Numbered from the stretch's first letter, positions 40,011 to 50,842 are shown. The stretch is 64,000 nt of DNA from Candidatus Baldrarchaeota archaeon (GCA_019056805.1 DXJG01000002.1:480515-544514); one strand, 5' to 3'. Notes: generated by a model not told the origin, from the sequence alone. Translations and numbers: made by a program.

Positions 40011-40568
40011 TCATTCTTTAGACATATTTAAAATCAAATCAGCAAGTGTTATGAACGCAGTATTCACATTTTCCCCAGTTTTTGCAGAAGTTTCTATAAA
40101 ATGCACCTTAACTCCAAACTTTTCCTCTATAATCTGTTTTTTCTTAAGGCCTTCCTCAGTAGTAATATGGTTTCCACCTGGAACACGCAAATCTATCTTA
40201 TTACCAACCAAAACTATAGGCACTTTCGTTCCTGCATTCTCAAGAAGTTCAGTTACCCAAAGCTCAACATGATCATAAGTTTCCCTTCTAGTCACATCAT
40301 ATACCAGAAGAGCACCTCGCGATCCTCTGTAGAATCCCTCTCTTACTGCTTTGAAGTGTGGTTGTCCAGCTAAGTCCCATATTTGAAACTTAACCTGAGT
40401 CCCGTCAGATGTCTCAACATTTTTTACAGCAAAGTCAGCACCAATAGTAACTAAATATGATGCTGTAAAACCTTCGCCCATAAAACGTCGTCTCAAGGTT
40501 GTTTTTCCGACACCGCCATCGCCAATTAACACAATCTTAAAGAGATAGACCATCGCACTCAACCTCAA
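40011..40568 (-). CDS. Ras/Rab-like small GTPase (tandem copy B; start possibly MVYLFKIV at 40553)
   Basis: The same G1-G5 set as copy A. It shares a roughly 60-nt identical block with copy A. Confidence 0.8.
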   Translation of the reverse strand: MRLSAMVYLFKIVLIGDGGVGKTTLRRRFMGEGFTASYLVTIGADFAVKNVETSDGTQVKFQIWDLAGQPHFKAVREGFYRGSRGALLVYDVTRRETYDHVELWVTELLENAGTKVPIVLVGNKIDLRVPGGNHITTEEGLKKKQIIEEKFGVKVHFIETSAKTGENVNTAFITLADLILNMSKE

Positions 40569-40894
40569 ATGTAGGATTTAATATTGAGTTATTGAATCTA
40601 GTGTTTCTTAACTCTTACGGTTAAGATTACGTAGGAAAATATAATATTAAATTTTAGGTTCACTTGCCATAGATTGAAGAGCTTAACTTTACGCAATGTT
40701 GAAAGATGATCCGTGTACAAACTAATAATATGTAGTGTTCTTCTGGTTAAATAAACTTTAAAGCATAAAATTAACATGTGAGAAGAGAAGTACAACAAAG
40801 TTAAATGTAATCTTATCTACTGCTTTAGATAATTTAAATCAAAATTATAAATGAATTTAATACTTTAAGCTTTAAATAAAGAGGGAGAAGAATC

Positions 40895-42007
40895 ATGTCA
40901 CTTGTAGAAGGCGGCGAAGTTAAGAAAATTACAGATTATGATAAGCTCATAGAATATTTTGGCGTATCCAGAATAGATCCTATTTTAGATAGATTTAAAG
41001 ATCCTCATAGACTTTTAAGACGAAAAATAGTCTTTGCACATAGAGACTTTGACAAAATACTAGATGAAGTTGATAAAGGCAACATTTTCGCCGTTTTAAG
41101 CGGACGAGGCCCATCAGATAAAATACATTTAGGTCATCTAATTCTCTTCGAACTTAATCTCTATCTTCAAAAAAAGATGGGTGCCAATGTTTATATCCCT
41201 TTATCTGACGATGAAAAATACGTTTTCAAAAAAGTAGAGAGCTTAGAAAAAGCAAAATATTTTGCCTTAGACAACGCCTTAGATATCGTAGCTCTTGGTT
41301 ACGATCCTAACAAGACAGAACTTTTTATTTCTACGGAACTTCCATGGGTATATAAAACTGCAATAAAACTATCACGACACTTAACATATAGTACTGTAAA
41401 GGCTGTTTTCGGATTCAAAGGAGAAAATAACCCAGGAGAAATCTTCTATTCATGCCTTCAAATGGCGCACATACTTTATCCCATCTTGGTACATAAATTA
41501 CCCACCGTGGTTCCAGTTGCTATTGATCAAGATCCTTACATAAGAATTAGTAGAGATGTAGCGGATAAAATTAGAGTATTTAAACCCGCTGGTCTATATC
41601 TTAAGTATCTCAAAGGGTTAACCGGAGAGCCCATGAGTGCAAGTCAACCAGAAACATGTATATTCGCAACAGACAGTCCTGAAGAAGCAAGGAAAAAAAT
41701 CTGGGAGGCATTTACAGGAGGTCAACCAACAATTAAGGAACAGCGAGAGAAAGGCGGAAACCCGGATATATGCGTAGTTTATGAAATGTTAAACGTATAC
41801 TTTGTTGAAGATGACAAAGAAATGGAGAAACTGAGAAACGATTGTATTAGCGGAAATATTCTATGTGGTGAGTGTAAACAAAAATTAACAAATTATGTAA
41901 TTAATTTCCTAGAAAAACACAAAAAGGCAAGAGAAAAATACAGATACAAACTAAAAGACTTCTTCATACATGAAATAGATGAAGATATACTGGCGAAGAT
42001 TCCATAA
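40895..42007 (+). CDS. trpS: tryptophanyl-tRNA synthetase (archaeal/eukaryotic type)
   Basis: SGRGPSDKIHLGHL (HIGH) and GEPMSASQP (KMSAS) are present. Confidence 0.85.
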   Translation: MSLVEGGEVKKITDYDKLIEYFGVSRIDPILDRFKDPHRLLRRKIVFAHRDFDKILDEVDKGNIFAVLSGRGPSDKIHLGHLILFELNLYLQKKMGANVYIPLSDDEKYVFKKVESLEKAKYFALDNALDIVALGYDPNKTELFISTELPWVYKTAIKLSRHLTYSTVKAVFGFKGENNPGEIFYSCLQMAHILYPILVHKLPTVVPVAIDQDPYIRISRDVADKIRVFKPAGLYLKYLKGLTGEPMSASQPETCIFATDSPEEARKKIWEAFTGGQPTIKEQREKGGNPDICVVYEMLNVYFVEDDKEMEKLRNDCISGNILCGECKQKLTNYVINFLEKHKKAREKYRYKLKDFFIHEIDEDILAKIP

Positions 42008-42065
42008 AATCGTTACCTGCATTAAAATGGGAATTAGAGAGATCTCACTGCTTGTAGCTATTTTA

Positions 42066-42800
42066 TTACTTTGATGAAGCTGTTTTTGATGTACTTTCCA
42101 AAAGGGCTTTCATTAACAATTTTTTTAGGTCTTTTTCTATCTCTGAGAGATCTTTTATAGTATCTATTGCTCTCCAAAATCCTCTAGACTTGTATGAACC
42201 CAATAATCCCTTTTCTGCAAGAATCGGGAAGGTTTCTTTTTCTATATCTCCTTTTTCCGGTAAAAATTCTTCAACTTGTCTCCGTAGTACATATACTCCT
42301 CCATTAATCCAATAAGGTAGCTCTGGTTTTTCTCTAAATCCTCTTATCCTATTGGTTTCATCTACATCAACAATTCCATAGGGACTTTTGAAAGGTACCA
42401 AAAGTATTGTAGCCATGAAGTTAGATTGTTTATGATATTCAAACATTGGTCTCAAATCTATTGTTGTAATTATATCGCCATTAGTTACCACAATATCGTT
42501 CTCGTTGTCATCAATATACTTTAAGGCTTGTTTTATACCTCCTCCAGTTCCAAGTTTTTCTTTTTCAATTGAATATTGTATGTTCACATCAAATTTTTCC
42601 CCATTTCCAAAATAATCCATTATTTTTTCATGTTTATACCCGCATGCAATAATAAAATTCCTGATTCCCTGAGATTTTAACCACTCTATTTGATATTCTA
42701 AAATAGGCTTTCTCAAGATTTCAACCATCGGTTTCGGTTTCCGGTTGGTTAGAGGCCTTAAACGGAGACCCAACCCCCCGGCCAATATAATCGCATACAT
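42066..42800 (-). CDS. sugar-phosphate nucleotidyltransferase
   Basis: The NTP_transferase fold is MYAIILAGGLGLRLRPLTNRKPKPMVEI. Confidence 0.75.
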   Translation of the reverse strand: MYAIILAGGLGLRLRPLTNRKPKPMVEILRKPILEYQIEWLKSQGIRNFIIACGYKHEKIMDYFGNGEKFDVNIQYSIEKEKLGTGGGIKQALKYIDDNENDIVVTNGDIITTIDLRPMFEYHKQSNFMATILLVPFKSPYGIVDVDETNRIRGFREKPELPYWINGGVYVLRRQVEEFLPEKGDIEKETFPILAEKGLLGSYKSRGFWRAIDTIKDLSEIEKDLKKLLMKALLESTSKTASSK

Positions 42801-42934
42801 AGAATCATACTCCCTTCAAATTTTAGTACACTATCAATTTAATTTTCAACTTAGTTAAATTTTACTCCTAAAAATATAAGCTGTTAATCAATGAGCCTCT
42901 GCTTTTCGAAGTATTCTCGTAATTTCTTTAGTTA

Positions 42935-43294
42935 CTACTGAAGAATTCTAACAACATTTTTAAATAATTTAATAATTTCCTTACGAATTAAATACAGTTT
43001 TTCACGCAACCCTGAATCTTCCCTAGAAAAAACAACCACAGATTGAATACTATTTTTCTTAACTAACAATTCTTTCCCTCTAACACTTATCTTTACAGCG
43101 TCTTCACCGCTCTTTAACTTAACATTCAAATCAACTATTGTACCCACCACCGACGATAAAGGTTCTACTTCCCCATATATTATTCCAATTACCCTATTTT
43201 TGTTATGTGAAAGAACTTCATCAAAACTTTCCTCAAATCGAGTTCTAAAATAAACATTAAGCTCCAACATCTTTCTCACCCCAAATATGCTCAA
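42935..43294 (-). CDS. hypothetical protein
   Basis: A 119-aa ORF between the VWA gene and the nucleotidyltransferase on the same strand. Confidence 0.35.
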   Translation of the reverse strand: MSIFGVRKMLELNVYFRTRFEESFDEVLSHNKNRVIGIIYGEVEPLSSVVGTIVDLNVKLKSGEDAVKISVRGKELLVKKNSIQSVVVFSREDSGLREKLYLIRKEIIKLFKNVVRILQ

Positions 43295-43309
43295 GTAAAT
43301 TAATAACGG

Positions 43310-44623
43310 TCAAATTTTTCCAGTTTTGGCAACAGTTATACTTGTTATTGCTTTTTCAATAGCCTTAGTCATTCTCTCTGGTGATAAAGTTGTTTTAAAC
43401 AATCCAGTTTTAAAACCATAGTATCTTCCTCGAGTAACTTGCGCTATCCATATTAAGAGGTGTGTGGGAGATATTATGAGTTTTGCATCCCACTTATCAA
43501 TATGAACCGGATTAACAACTATAACTGGGATATTTTTCCTTGCCAAAATTTGAGTTGCAGCTATTACATCAGCCTGCGCTGGTGCTGGAATTTTTTCTCT
43601 CAATGATATGTTTAACGGCTGCTTTAATGGTACATTTGCCAAACCATCACTAACTAATACAACTATTGGAATCGTATCAGGATTTCTTCTTAACTCCTGC
43701 GTTAATACCTGTGTAGCTTTTAACAATCCATCAGCTAGAGGTGTACTACCCCCAGCCCTTAACTTGATAATTTTCCTTGCAACTATGTTAATATTCGTAG
43801 TTGGATGAAACACAATTCTAGCTCGTTCCCCTTGTAGAACAATTAAACCTACTTTATCTCTATAACGATAGGCCTTCCTATGCAAAGAAAAAACAGCTTC
43901 AGCAATTGTTTGAAGATGATATACCATACTTTCACTTAAATCCAAAACCAGTAGTATCGTAATTGGAGTCTTATACATCCTAACATTTGTTCTTAAATCC
44001 TGAAGTTCGACCTGGATAGCTAGTTGTTCTGCTAACCGCATTTGACGTAGCGCCGCAACTCTTATCGTTGGTCCAAAAGCTATATCAATTGTAGGGCTCT
44101 TAGGAATCTCATATCCTACAATTCGACCCTTATGAACAGATGTTACCGCCAAAGCCCTTTTACCAGAAAGATACCTCCTCTTCCTAGCTTTAACTTTTAC
44201 ATCAAAACCAAATTCAAACCTTTCTTTATGTGACTTAAGTTCTTTAAGCACAGTTTTACCGGGAGCAAAAGGCACTTTCCTAGAGACATCTATTGCTGAA
44301 AAATCCATCGGAGCGATTTCTACCATAACTTTTGCTTCGTCCCTTTCTTTCTCTTGCCTCCCTCTCAGTATATAATCTTTGGATATTGTCCGTTTCCAAA
44401 GAGCCTTTAACTTTCTAGTAACCCTATTGAAACGACTTGCCTTCGTTTCCTTAAAAATGGAAAGATAAGTTCCTCTCCTAAAAATTTTCGGCAATTTTTC
44501 TTTTTCTACAGCCATCAAAGGAACCAGTGAAAAAATTCTTTGAAATGTAGGCTGCTTATCCGTTGAAATTCCTCGTCTACCTTCTACCTCAACAGTTGGA
44601 ACTACTTTCTCCCTACCTTTCAC
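43310..44623 (-). CDS. VWA-domain protein (ChlD/BchD C-terminal-like)
   Basis: The MIDAS motif is LVLDLSESM ... GGSTPLADGL. The N-terminal half is basic. It lies immediately downstream of the ChlI-like gene. Confidence 0.65.
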   Translation of the reverse strand: MKGREKVVPTVEVEGRRGISTDKQPTFQRIFSLVPLMAVEKEKLPKIFRRGTYLSIFKETKASRFNRVTRKLKALWKRTISKDYILRGRQEKERDEAKVMVEIAPMDFSAIDVSRKVPFAPGKTVLKELKSHKERFEFGFDVKVKARKRRYLSGKRALAVTSVHKGRIVGYEIPKSPTIDIAFGPTIRVAALRQMRLAEQLAIQVELQDLRTNVRMYKTPITILLVLDLSESMVYHLQTIAEAVFSLHRKAYRYRDKVGLIVLQGERARIVFHPTTNINIVARKIIKLRAGGSTPLADGLLKATQVLTQELRRNPDTIPIVVLVSDGLANVPLKQPLNISLREKIPAPAQADVIAATQILARKNIPVIVVNPVHIDKWDAKLIISPTHLLIWIAQVTRGRYYGFKTGLFKTTLSPERMTKAIEKAITSITVAKTGKI

Positions 44624-44651
44624 CTTAGCATCAGCTTTTCTTAAAACATAC

Positions 44652-45731
44652 TTACCTTCTCGCTGAACGAAAAAAGCCTTTCATCGACCCCATTATTTTT
44701 TTGAAAACACTATCTATCTCTTCGGGAGTTGCCGGCTCTTCAAACCCTCCCCGTCTAGTTCTGTGACCCAAAGCAAGCTTTGCTGCAATATTAATATCCT
44801 CTGGCTCAACCATAGTTCTGCCCTGAAAAGCCGCAAGAGCCCTTGCCGCTTGAACTATAATTATATCAGGTCTATGCCCGTCAACTTGAAGGATTAAACA
44901 TAATTTCGCTACAGCCCTTAGAATAGGGTCAGGTACTTGTACACTTGGAAAGATTTCAATGGCTTTCATTATTCTTTCCCTAAGCTCCCTTTGCTGATCT
45001 TCATATCTATTTCTAAACCCTATCGGATCTTCTGAAAACTCCAAATTTCTCTTAATAACCTCAACTCTCAAATCTTCGTCTTGAATTCCTCGAATCGTAA
45101 CTGATAAAGGCAAACGATCCAAAAGTTGTGGTCTTAATTCCCCTTCCTCCGGGTTCATGGTTCCCACAAGTATAAAACGAGAAGGATGGGCAATGGATAT
45201 ACCCTCTCGTTCAACAATATTCCATCCTGAAGCAGCTGCATCTAAAATATCATCCACAATATGATCAGGTAATAAATTAATTTCATCAACATACAAAATA
45301 TTTTGATTAGCCTCTGCAAGAATTCCAGGCTGTAAAGCTCTTACACCTTCTTTTAAAGCTTTTTCTATGTCCAACGACCCTATAACTCTATCCTCTGTAG
45401 CTCCAATAGGCAGTGTAACAACACGCATTTTTCTTCTTTCAACAGGTAGTTTCTCTCCTCTTTCAAATTTCTCTCTACAGACATCACACATATTTGTAGG
45501 ATCTTCCGGATTACAATTGAAAGGACAGTCCTTTACAACTTTTATTTCAGGTAATAAATCTGCCAAAGCTCTTACCACAGTACTTTTACCCGATCCTTTT
45601 TCTCCCCTTACTAATAAACCTCCTATCTTGGGATTTATCGCATTTAAAATTAAAGCTAATTTCAAGAGATCTTGATCAACTATAGCTGTAAACGGGAAAA
45701 CGATTCTTTCTTCTGATAAACTTCTTGACAT
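44652..45731 (-). CDS. ChlI/BchI-type AAA+ chelatase subunit with 4-Cys insertion
   Basis: [10 protein letters not shown]..., GEKGSGKST and ...[21 protein letters not shown]...YVDEINLL...[38 protein letters not shown] are colinear with Mg-chelatase ChlI. The insert is [17 protein letters not shown]. The start is set at [14 protein letters not shown]. Confidence 0.8.
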   Translation of the reverse strand: MSRSLSEERIVFPFTAIVDQDLLKLALILNAINPKIGGLLVRGEKGSGKSTVVRALADLLPEIKVVKDCPFNCNPEDPTNMCDVCREKFERGEKLPVERRKMRVVTLPIGATEDRVIGSLDIEKALKEGVRALQPGILAEANQNILYVDEINLLPDHIVDDILDAAASGWNIVEREGISIAHPSRFILVGTMNPEEGELRPQLLDRLPLSVTIRGIQDEDLRVEVIKRNLEFSEDPIGFRNRYEDQQRELRERIMKAIEIFPSVQVPDPILRAVAKLCLILQVDGHRPDIIIVQAARALAAFQGRTMVEPEDINIAAKLALGHRTRRGGFEEPATPEEIDSVFKKIMGSMKGFFRSARR

Positions 45732-45841
45732 TTTAGACAGTAACCCCCAAATTATAGAAATGAAAAAGGAAATATAAAATATTCGAAATCGGAAATAAGC
45801 AATCAAGACTTTCAACAATTTACGTGCAATAAATCTAAGAA

Positions 45842-47209
45842 TTACGTCTTCTTTTTCCTTTTTTCCAATTTCCTCATAACTGAATCAGCTGCTACGATTA
45901 GAGGATCCCACACAGGTGATATCGGTGGAGCATAAACAGTTTCCAAAGACAAAAACTCTTCAATTGTCAATTTTCTCAGTAATGCCAAAGATATAACATT
46001 TATTCTTATTGCAGCCCCTTCTTCACCAATTATTTGCGAACCAATGATACGGCCATCTTCAGAATTTACTAGAATTTTAACATAAAGAGTCTTACTACTA
46101 GGGAAATACTCCGGTTTTGTTCTTCCTCTTATAGTTCCAACAATTGCTTTTATATCTCTTTTCTCTGCTTGTTGGCTTGTTAAACCAACTGACGCCACTT
46201 CATATCCAAAAAGCTTAGTAGTTCTTGTAAGAACGGTTCCATAATAAGTCATTTTTCCCCCAGCAGCATTTATACCAGCTACTTTTCCTTGTCTCACAGC
46301 AACTGTTCCCATCGCAGCTAAAATAGGTTCATTTGTTACAAGATATTTTGTTTCTACACAATCTCCTGCAGCAAAAACATCTTCCACACTCGTCTCCATG
46401 TACTCGTTTGTTTTTATTCCTCCAGTCTTACCAAGTTCAACACCCATCTTTTGAGCAAAATCCGTATTAGGCTTAACTCCAGTGGAAACAACAACAAAAT
46501 CTCCTGGTATCTCTTCTCCTTCAACAACAACTCCCTTAGCATTTTCATTGCCCATGATTTCTTCTACACGTTTCCCAGTTAACACGGTAATTCCGTGTTC
46601 CTCCATCTTACTCTGCAGGATCCTTGCAAAATCAGCGTCAAGGATGGTGGGTAAAATCTGAGGGAGAAGTTCTACAACAGTAACTTTTAACTCTAAGTGA
46701 CGCAGAGCTTCAGCAACTTCAAGCCCGATTAACCCAGCACCAACAATAACAGCACTTCTACTTTTCCTTGCGACATCGTTAATCCTTGTAGCATCATTTA
46801 TAGTCTTAAGTGTGAAAACTCTTCCTTTATCAACGCCAGTTATGGGCGGAATCGAAGGAGAACTACCTGTCGCAACTATTAATTTATCATAACTTTCCTT
46901 CTCCATCTTATCATGCTTTAAATTCTTTATTTCCAGAATTTTTTTATCAGGATCCCCATCTACTGCAACGCAGTTCAACTTCAACCGTATTCTCAAAAAT
47001 TTATCGTACCAAGAAGTAGGATGTTCTATGAGGCTTTTAGGGTTAGGAATTATTTGACTAATAACATAAGGTAAGCCGCATCTTGAATATTCTGGAAACT
47101 CTTCGCGATTTATCACTATGATTTCCGCTTTTCTATTTACCTTTCTAGCCCATAAAGCTGCTGAAACACCAGCAGCCCCTCCACCAACAACCACAATTTT
47201 TTCAACCAA
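45842..47209 (-). CDS. NADH oxidase / CoA-disulfide reductase family flavoprotein
   Basis: [14 protein letters not shown]...EYSRCGLPY (redox Cys) and a second [11 protein letters not shown] fold. Confidence 0.75.
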   Translation of the reverse strand: MVEKIVVVGGGAAGVSAALWARKVNRKAEIIVINREEFPEYSRCGLPYVISQIIPNPKSLIEHPTSWYDKFLRIRLKLNCVAVDGDPDKKILEIKNLKHDKMEKESYDKLIVATGSSPSIPPITGVDKGRVFTLKTINDATRINDVARKSRSAVIVGAGLIGLEVAEALRHLELKVTVVELLPQILPTILDADFARILQSKMEEHGITVLTGKRVEEIMGNENAKGVVVEGEEIPGDFVVVSTGVKPNTDFAQKMGVELGKTGGIKTNEYMETSVEDVFAAGDCVETKYLVTNEPILAAMGTVAVRQGKVAGINAAGGKMTYYGTVLTRTTKLFGYEVASVGLTSQQAEKRDIKAIVGTIRGRTKPEYFPSSKTLYVKILVNSEDGRIIGSQIIGEEGAAIRINVISLALLRKLTIEEFLSLETVYAPPISPVWDPLIVAADSVMRKLEKRKKKT

Positions 47210-47248
47210 AATTTTCCTCTCCTAAGATTATTGAAATACATAAGACTA

Positions 47249-48403
47249 TTAAATACAAATTAGCCTATCAGGAGTTTTTGACAACACTTTATGACCTTTC
47301 TCTGTTACAAGCACGTCGTCCTCAATCCTCACTCCGCCTTTACCTTGAATATAGATTCCCGGCTCTATTGTTACAATCATCCCTGGCAATAGTTTCATCT
47401 CCGCTTTTTTAGACTTACCCTTTTCACCTAGTAATGGTCCTATGTCGTGCACATCAATACCTATAGGATGACCTGTAGAATGTGGAAAGTCCTCTTCCTT
47501 AAAACCATGCTTCAAAATAATATCTCTAGCCACTTTATCTATTTTCCATGCTTCTACCCCAGGTTTAACAGATCTAATTGCAGCTCTCTGTGCTTCTAAA
47601 GCAACATTAAACATTCGTTGAAATAATTCTGGTGGATGCTCCCCTACATACACGGTCCAAGTTATATCACTAGTTCTCAATTTATACTCTGCTCCAAGAT
47701 CGATAACTACTAAATCTCCTTCTTGAATCTTCCTTTCTCCAGTTTGGTGATGCGGATCTGCACTATTTGGGCCAGATGCCACAATTATAGGAAAACTAGG
47801 AGTAGCACCTCTTTTCCTCATAAAGTATTCGGCTTCAGCAGCTACTTCCACTTCTGTAACCCCAGGCTTTATAGTTTCTATTGCTTTTTTCATAGCTTCA
47901 AGAGCTATTTTGACCGCTTTTTCATGTAATTTTACTTCTTCCATAGTTTTTATCATTCTTAAATTTTCTAAAAGTTTTTGAGCGGAAACAAAAGTAGCAT
48001 CTGGAAAAAGGTCTTTTAATGCGAGGTAATCTCCATGCGTTATCGTGTTAACAGCCTCTCCTCCTTCTGTATAAAGATTTTCCACATAGTTAAGGGCTAT
48101 AACTGGTTTCTTAGAAATTTCATAAACCATATCTTTAAGTTTTTCAGTAAACTCCTCACTCTTCTTATATGCTACTACTTTCTCTATTTGTTTCGCTTTT
48201 TGAACCATGGGAGCCTCCATCAAAGTACATATGACAGTTGCCTCTCCTTCTTTAGGTATAATTATAGCGTGTCTACCATAACAACGAGTTCCTAAAAGAA
48301 AAGGGCTATGAATATCTTTTCCTTCCGCTGTTACAATTAACCATAAATCTATGTCGTGTTTTTTAAGATATTCCTGTGCTTTTATGATTTTAGAGTTTGA
48401 CAT
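47249..48403 (-). CDS. M24 family Xaa-Pro aminopeptidase / prolidase
   Basis: The pita-bread motifs HSTGHPIGIDVHD and IEPGIY. Confidence 0.8.
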   Translation of the reverse strand: MSNSKIIKAQEYLKKHDIDLWLIVTAEGKDIHSPFLLGTRCYGRHAIIIPKEGEATVICTLMEAPMVQKAKQIEKVVAYKKSEEFTEKLKDMVYEISKKPVIALNYVENLYTEGGEAVNTITHGDYLALKDLFPDATFVSAQKLLENLRMIKTMEEVKLHEKAVKIALEAMKKAIETIKPGVTEVEVAAEAEYFMRKRGATPSFPIIVASGPNSADPHHQTGERKIQEGDLVVIDLGAEYKLRTSDITWTVYVGEHPPELFQRMFNVALEAQRAAIRSVKPGVEAWKIDKVARDIILKHGFKEEDFPHSTGHPIGIDVHDIGPLLGEKGKSKKAEMKLLPGMIVTIEPGIYIQGKGGVRIEDDVLVTEKGHKVLSKTPDRLICI

Positions 48404-48491
48404 ATTAGGTACACCACACATTTTTATACTGCTTTATCAAATATTGTGATTACATGCAGATTAATGCACACATATAATTAACTATTTTAAG

Positions 48492-48806
48492 GTGAACAAT
48501 ATGGCTAAGAAGATCACCCTAAGTGATAAAATGTTTAAAGAGTTAATTGATAGATTTAAAGAAAAGAAAGGATTTCTAGGCGTTATATTATCCACAAACG
48601 ACGGTCTACCGGTGAAATCCACCTTAGATACAGATATAACTGAAGAATTCACCGCCAGAATGGCATACCTTCTCGGTAAATTAGACAAATTTGCAAAGAA
48701 ACTTGATGGCACACAGGTTGTCGGATTAACCGTTGAAACAGAAAACACAGAAATTATTCTTATAAGAGAAGATACAACCTTTATGAGCGTTTTACTCGCA
48801 AAATAA
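48492..48806 (+). CDS. Roadblock/LC7 (MglB-like) domain protein
   Basis: KGFLGVILSTNDGLPVKS ... VVGLTVETENTEIILIR is the roadblock alpha-beta-beta pattern. Confidence 0.6.
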   Translation: MNNMAKKITLSDKMFKELIDRFKEKKGFLGVILSTNDGLPVKSTLDTDITEEFTARMAYLLGKLDKFAKKLDGTQVVGLTVETENTEIILIREDTTFMSVLLAK

Positions 48807-48988
48807 AAAACTTCACTCAAAACTAATTACAACCCAGTTATTCCATTTTATAAAACTAAATAATTTCATCATAGGAGTTTTTCTTAACAAAAGTTTTCTT
48901 CAAATAAGTTTAAATAAATTTATAAAATGTTATATTCTCACCCTAGTTCTTAACATTCCATTTCACACCTTCACACGAGGGACGCTCG

Positions 48989-50842
48989 GTGAACAAGTTA
49001 AAAGACGATCTAAAAACCAAAAAAGTCGGGATAAAAAGACATCCAGAAATAGCATTGATAATTCTCATAGCTGTATTCCTATTAGGTTCCGCAACCGGCG
49101 TAGAAAGAACCATAATTTCCCTATACGCAGAAAACTACGTTACACTAAGCGTTCAATTAGGAGCTATAATATCAGCCTTTGGAGCTTTCAAAGCAGCCAT
49201 GGACATGCCAAGCGGCATAATCAGCGACAAAATCGGAAGAAAAAGAGCATTTCTCATTGGTAGTGTAATATATATTTTTGGAGCTATTATTCTCGCATAT
49301 TCAAGATCTTATCTCGAAATTTTAATTGCAAACTGTTTAATTGGAGGAGGTACTGGAACATTTCTTGCAGCTGCAATGATTTCCTTAAGTGATGTGGGAG
49401 GTTACGAAGAAAGAGCTTTTTCTTTCGGATTAATGGAGTTTTCTGTATATGCAGGTTTAAGTGCAGGTGCATTAATAGCAGGATTATTAGCAGTAATTTA
49501 CCAGTCGCTTAGAATACCGCTATTCTTCACCGTTGGAATGGCGCTTCTTGTCTTCGCAACGTCAGCCATCTTCATTAAAGAAACTAAAAAATTTGCTGAG
49601 GAAAGTTATGTTTCTAGGATAAAATTATCTCCTAAAAGAAGTTTATCAAAATTTGCTAAAAATCCCGGACTTCTAACTATCTATTTCACTGCGCACGTAA
49701 CAAAAATTGGAGACGGCCTAATATGGGCTTTTCTACCCATATACTTAGCTGAAATACTTCAATTTAATATAAGACAAGTTGGAATTATTCAAGGTGTTTT
49801 TACAATTGTTTGGGCACTCTCAATGCCTCTAAGCGGTAAAATAAGTGACATTGTTGGCAGAAAAATTCCATGTATCACAGGTCTTCTACTTAACGGAATA
49901 TTCATATTTCTTCTCCTTTGGACTCAAAGTTTCCAAATGATACTCATCTTTGTAATCATGGCTGGAGTCGGTGTAGGTCTATATTACCCAGTTCTACCCG
50001 CTGTTTCAGCAGACGTTGTAAGACCAGAGTTAAAAGGATCAGCACTAGGATTATATAGAAGTCTTCGAGACGCAGGCTATTTCACAGGCCCAATTCTCCT
50101 AGGTCTTATCGTTGACATTTATAATATAGAATTAGCCTTTTCTATGGTTTTTTCCTTATTAATCATTTGTGCAGGAGCTGTATTAGTAGTTGTTAAAGAA
50201 ACTAGACCCGGCTGGCCAGCTTTCGAATTCTCCATTAAACACGCCGAGATAATACGTGAAGCCGCAAGAAGAGTAGAATTAGCAGTACGCGCTTTCACCG
50301 ATGGAGACATAGAAACAACAAAACACCTCGTACAAGAAGCAAAAACACTTGAAAGAGAGGCAGACGAAGTCAAAAGAGAAATAATGCTTAGATTATCCAT
50401 GGGAGTGTTAGAAGCCCCAGACAGACCTGACTTCCTAAGATTAACAGAACTTGTAGATGATGTTGCTGGATACGTTGTTGGTGCAGGCCGCAGACTTACT
50501 TTACTCGACCCTAAAGACTTCCCCGAAGATATTAAAGAATGTTTCGCCAGATTTTCCAAAGGGGTAACAAAAATCTCAGATCTAGTTAAACAAGCAATCG
50601 AAACCCTGAGAATTAATGTTGAGGAAACTCTTAAGATAGTAGAGGAAATCGAAAAACTAGAAACCGACATGGACGATTTATATCACGAAATTTCAAGCAA
50701 AATCATTAAAATAAGCAACAAAATCAGTACACCAACACTTCTAACCGTTAGAGACTTCATAAACCTAATAGAATTTGCGATAGACACAGCAGAGGACGCA
50801 GGAGACCAAATACGAATGATAGCAATAAAACACTACATCTAA
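48989..50842 (+). CDS. MFS transporter fused to C-terminal DUF47 (PhoU-like) domain
   Basis: MFS motif A is GIISDKIGRKRAFL, with 12 TM helices. A roughly 220-aa soluble helical tail carries the DUF47-like repeats. A GTG start. Confidence 0.65.
   Translation: MNKLKDDLKTKKVGIKRHPEIALIILIAVFLLGSATGVERTIISLYAENYVTLSVQLGAIISAFGAFKAAMDMPSGIISDKIGRKRAFLIGSVIYIFGAIILAYSRSYLEILIANCLIGGGTGTFLAAAMISLSDVGGYEERAFSFGLMEFSVYAGLSAGALIAGLLAVIYQSLRIPLFFTVGMALLVFATSAIFIKETKKFAEESYVSRIKLSPKRSLSKFAKNPGLLTIYFTAHVTKIGDGLIWAFLPIYLAEILQFNIRQVGIIQGVFTIVWALSMPLSGKISDIVGRKIPCITGLLLNGIFIFLLLWTQSFQMILIFVIMAGVGVGLYYPVLPAVSADVVRPELKGSALGLYRSLRDAGYFTGPILLGLIVDIYNIELAFSMVFSLLIICAGAVLVVVKETRPGWPAFEFSIKHAEIIREAARRVELAVRAFTDGDIETTKHLVQEAKTLEREADEVKREIMLRLSMGVLEAPDRPDFLRLTELVDDVAGYVVGAGRRLTLLDPKDFPEDIKECFARFSKGVTKISDLVKQAIETLRINVEETLKIVEEIEKLETDMDDLYHEISSKIIKISNKISTPTLLTVRDFINLIEFAIDTAEDAGDQIRMIAIKHYI

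Noticed and set aside
50119-50670. 183-aa Ser-rich minus-strand ORF
   Set aside because: It is antisense to the DUF47 tail of the MFS fusion and has a low-complexity serine-rich composition.
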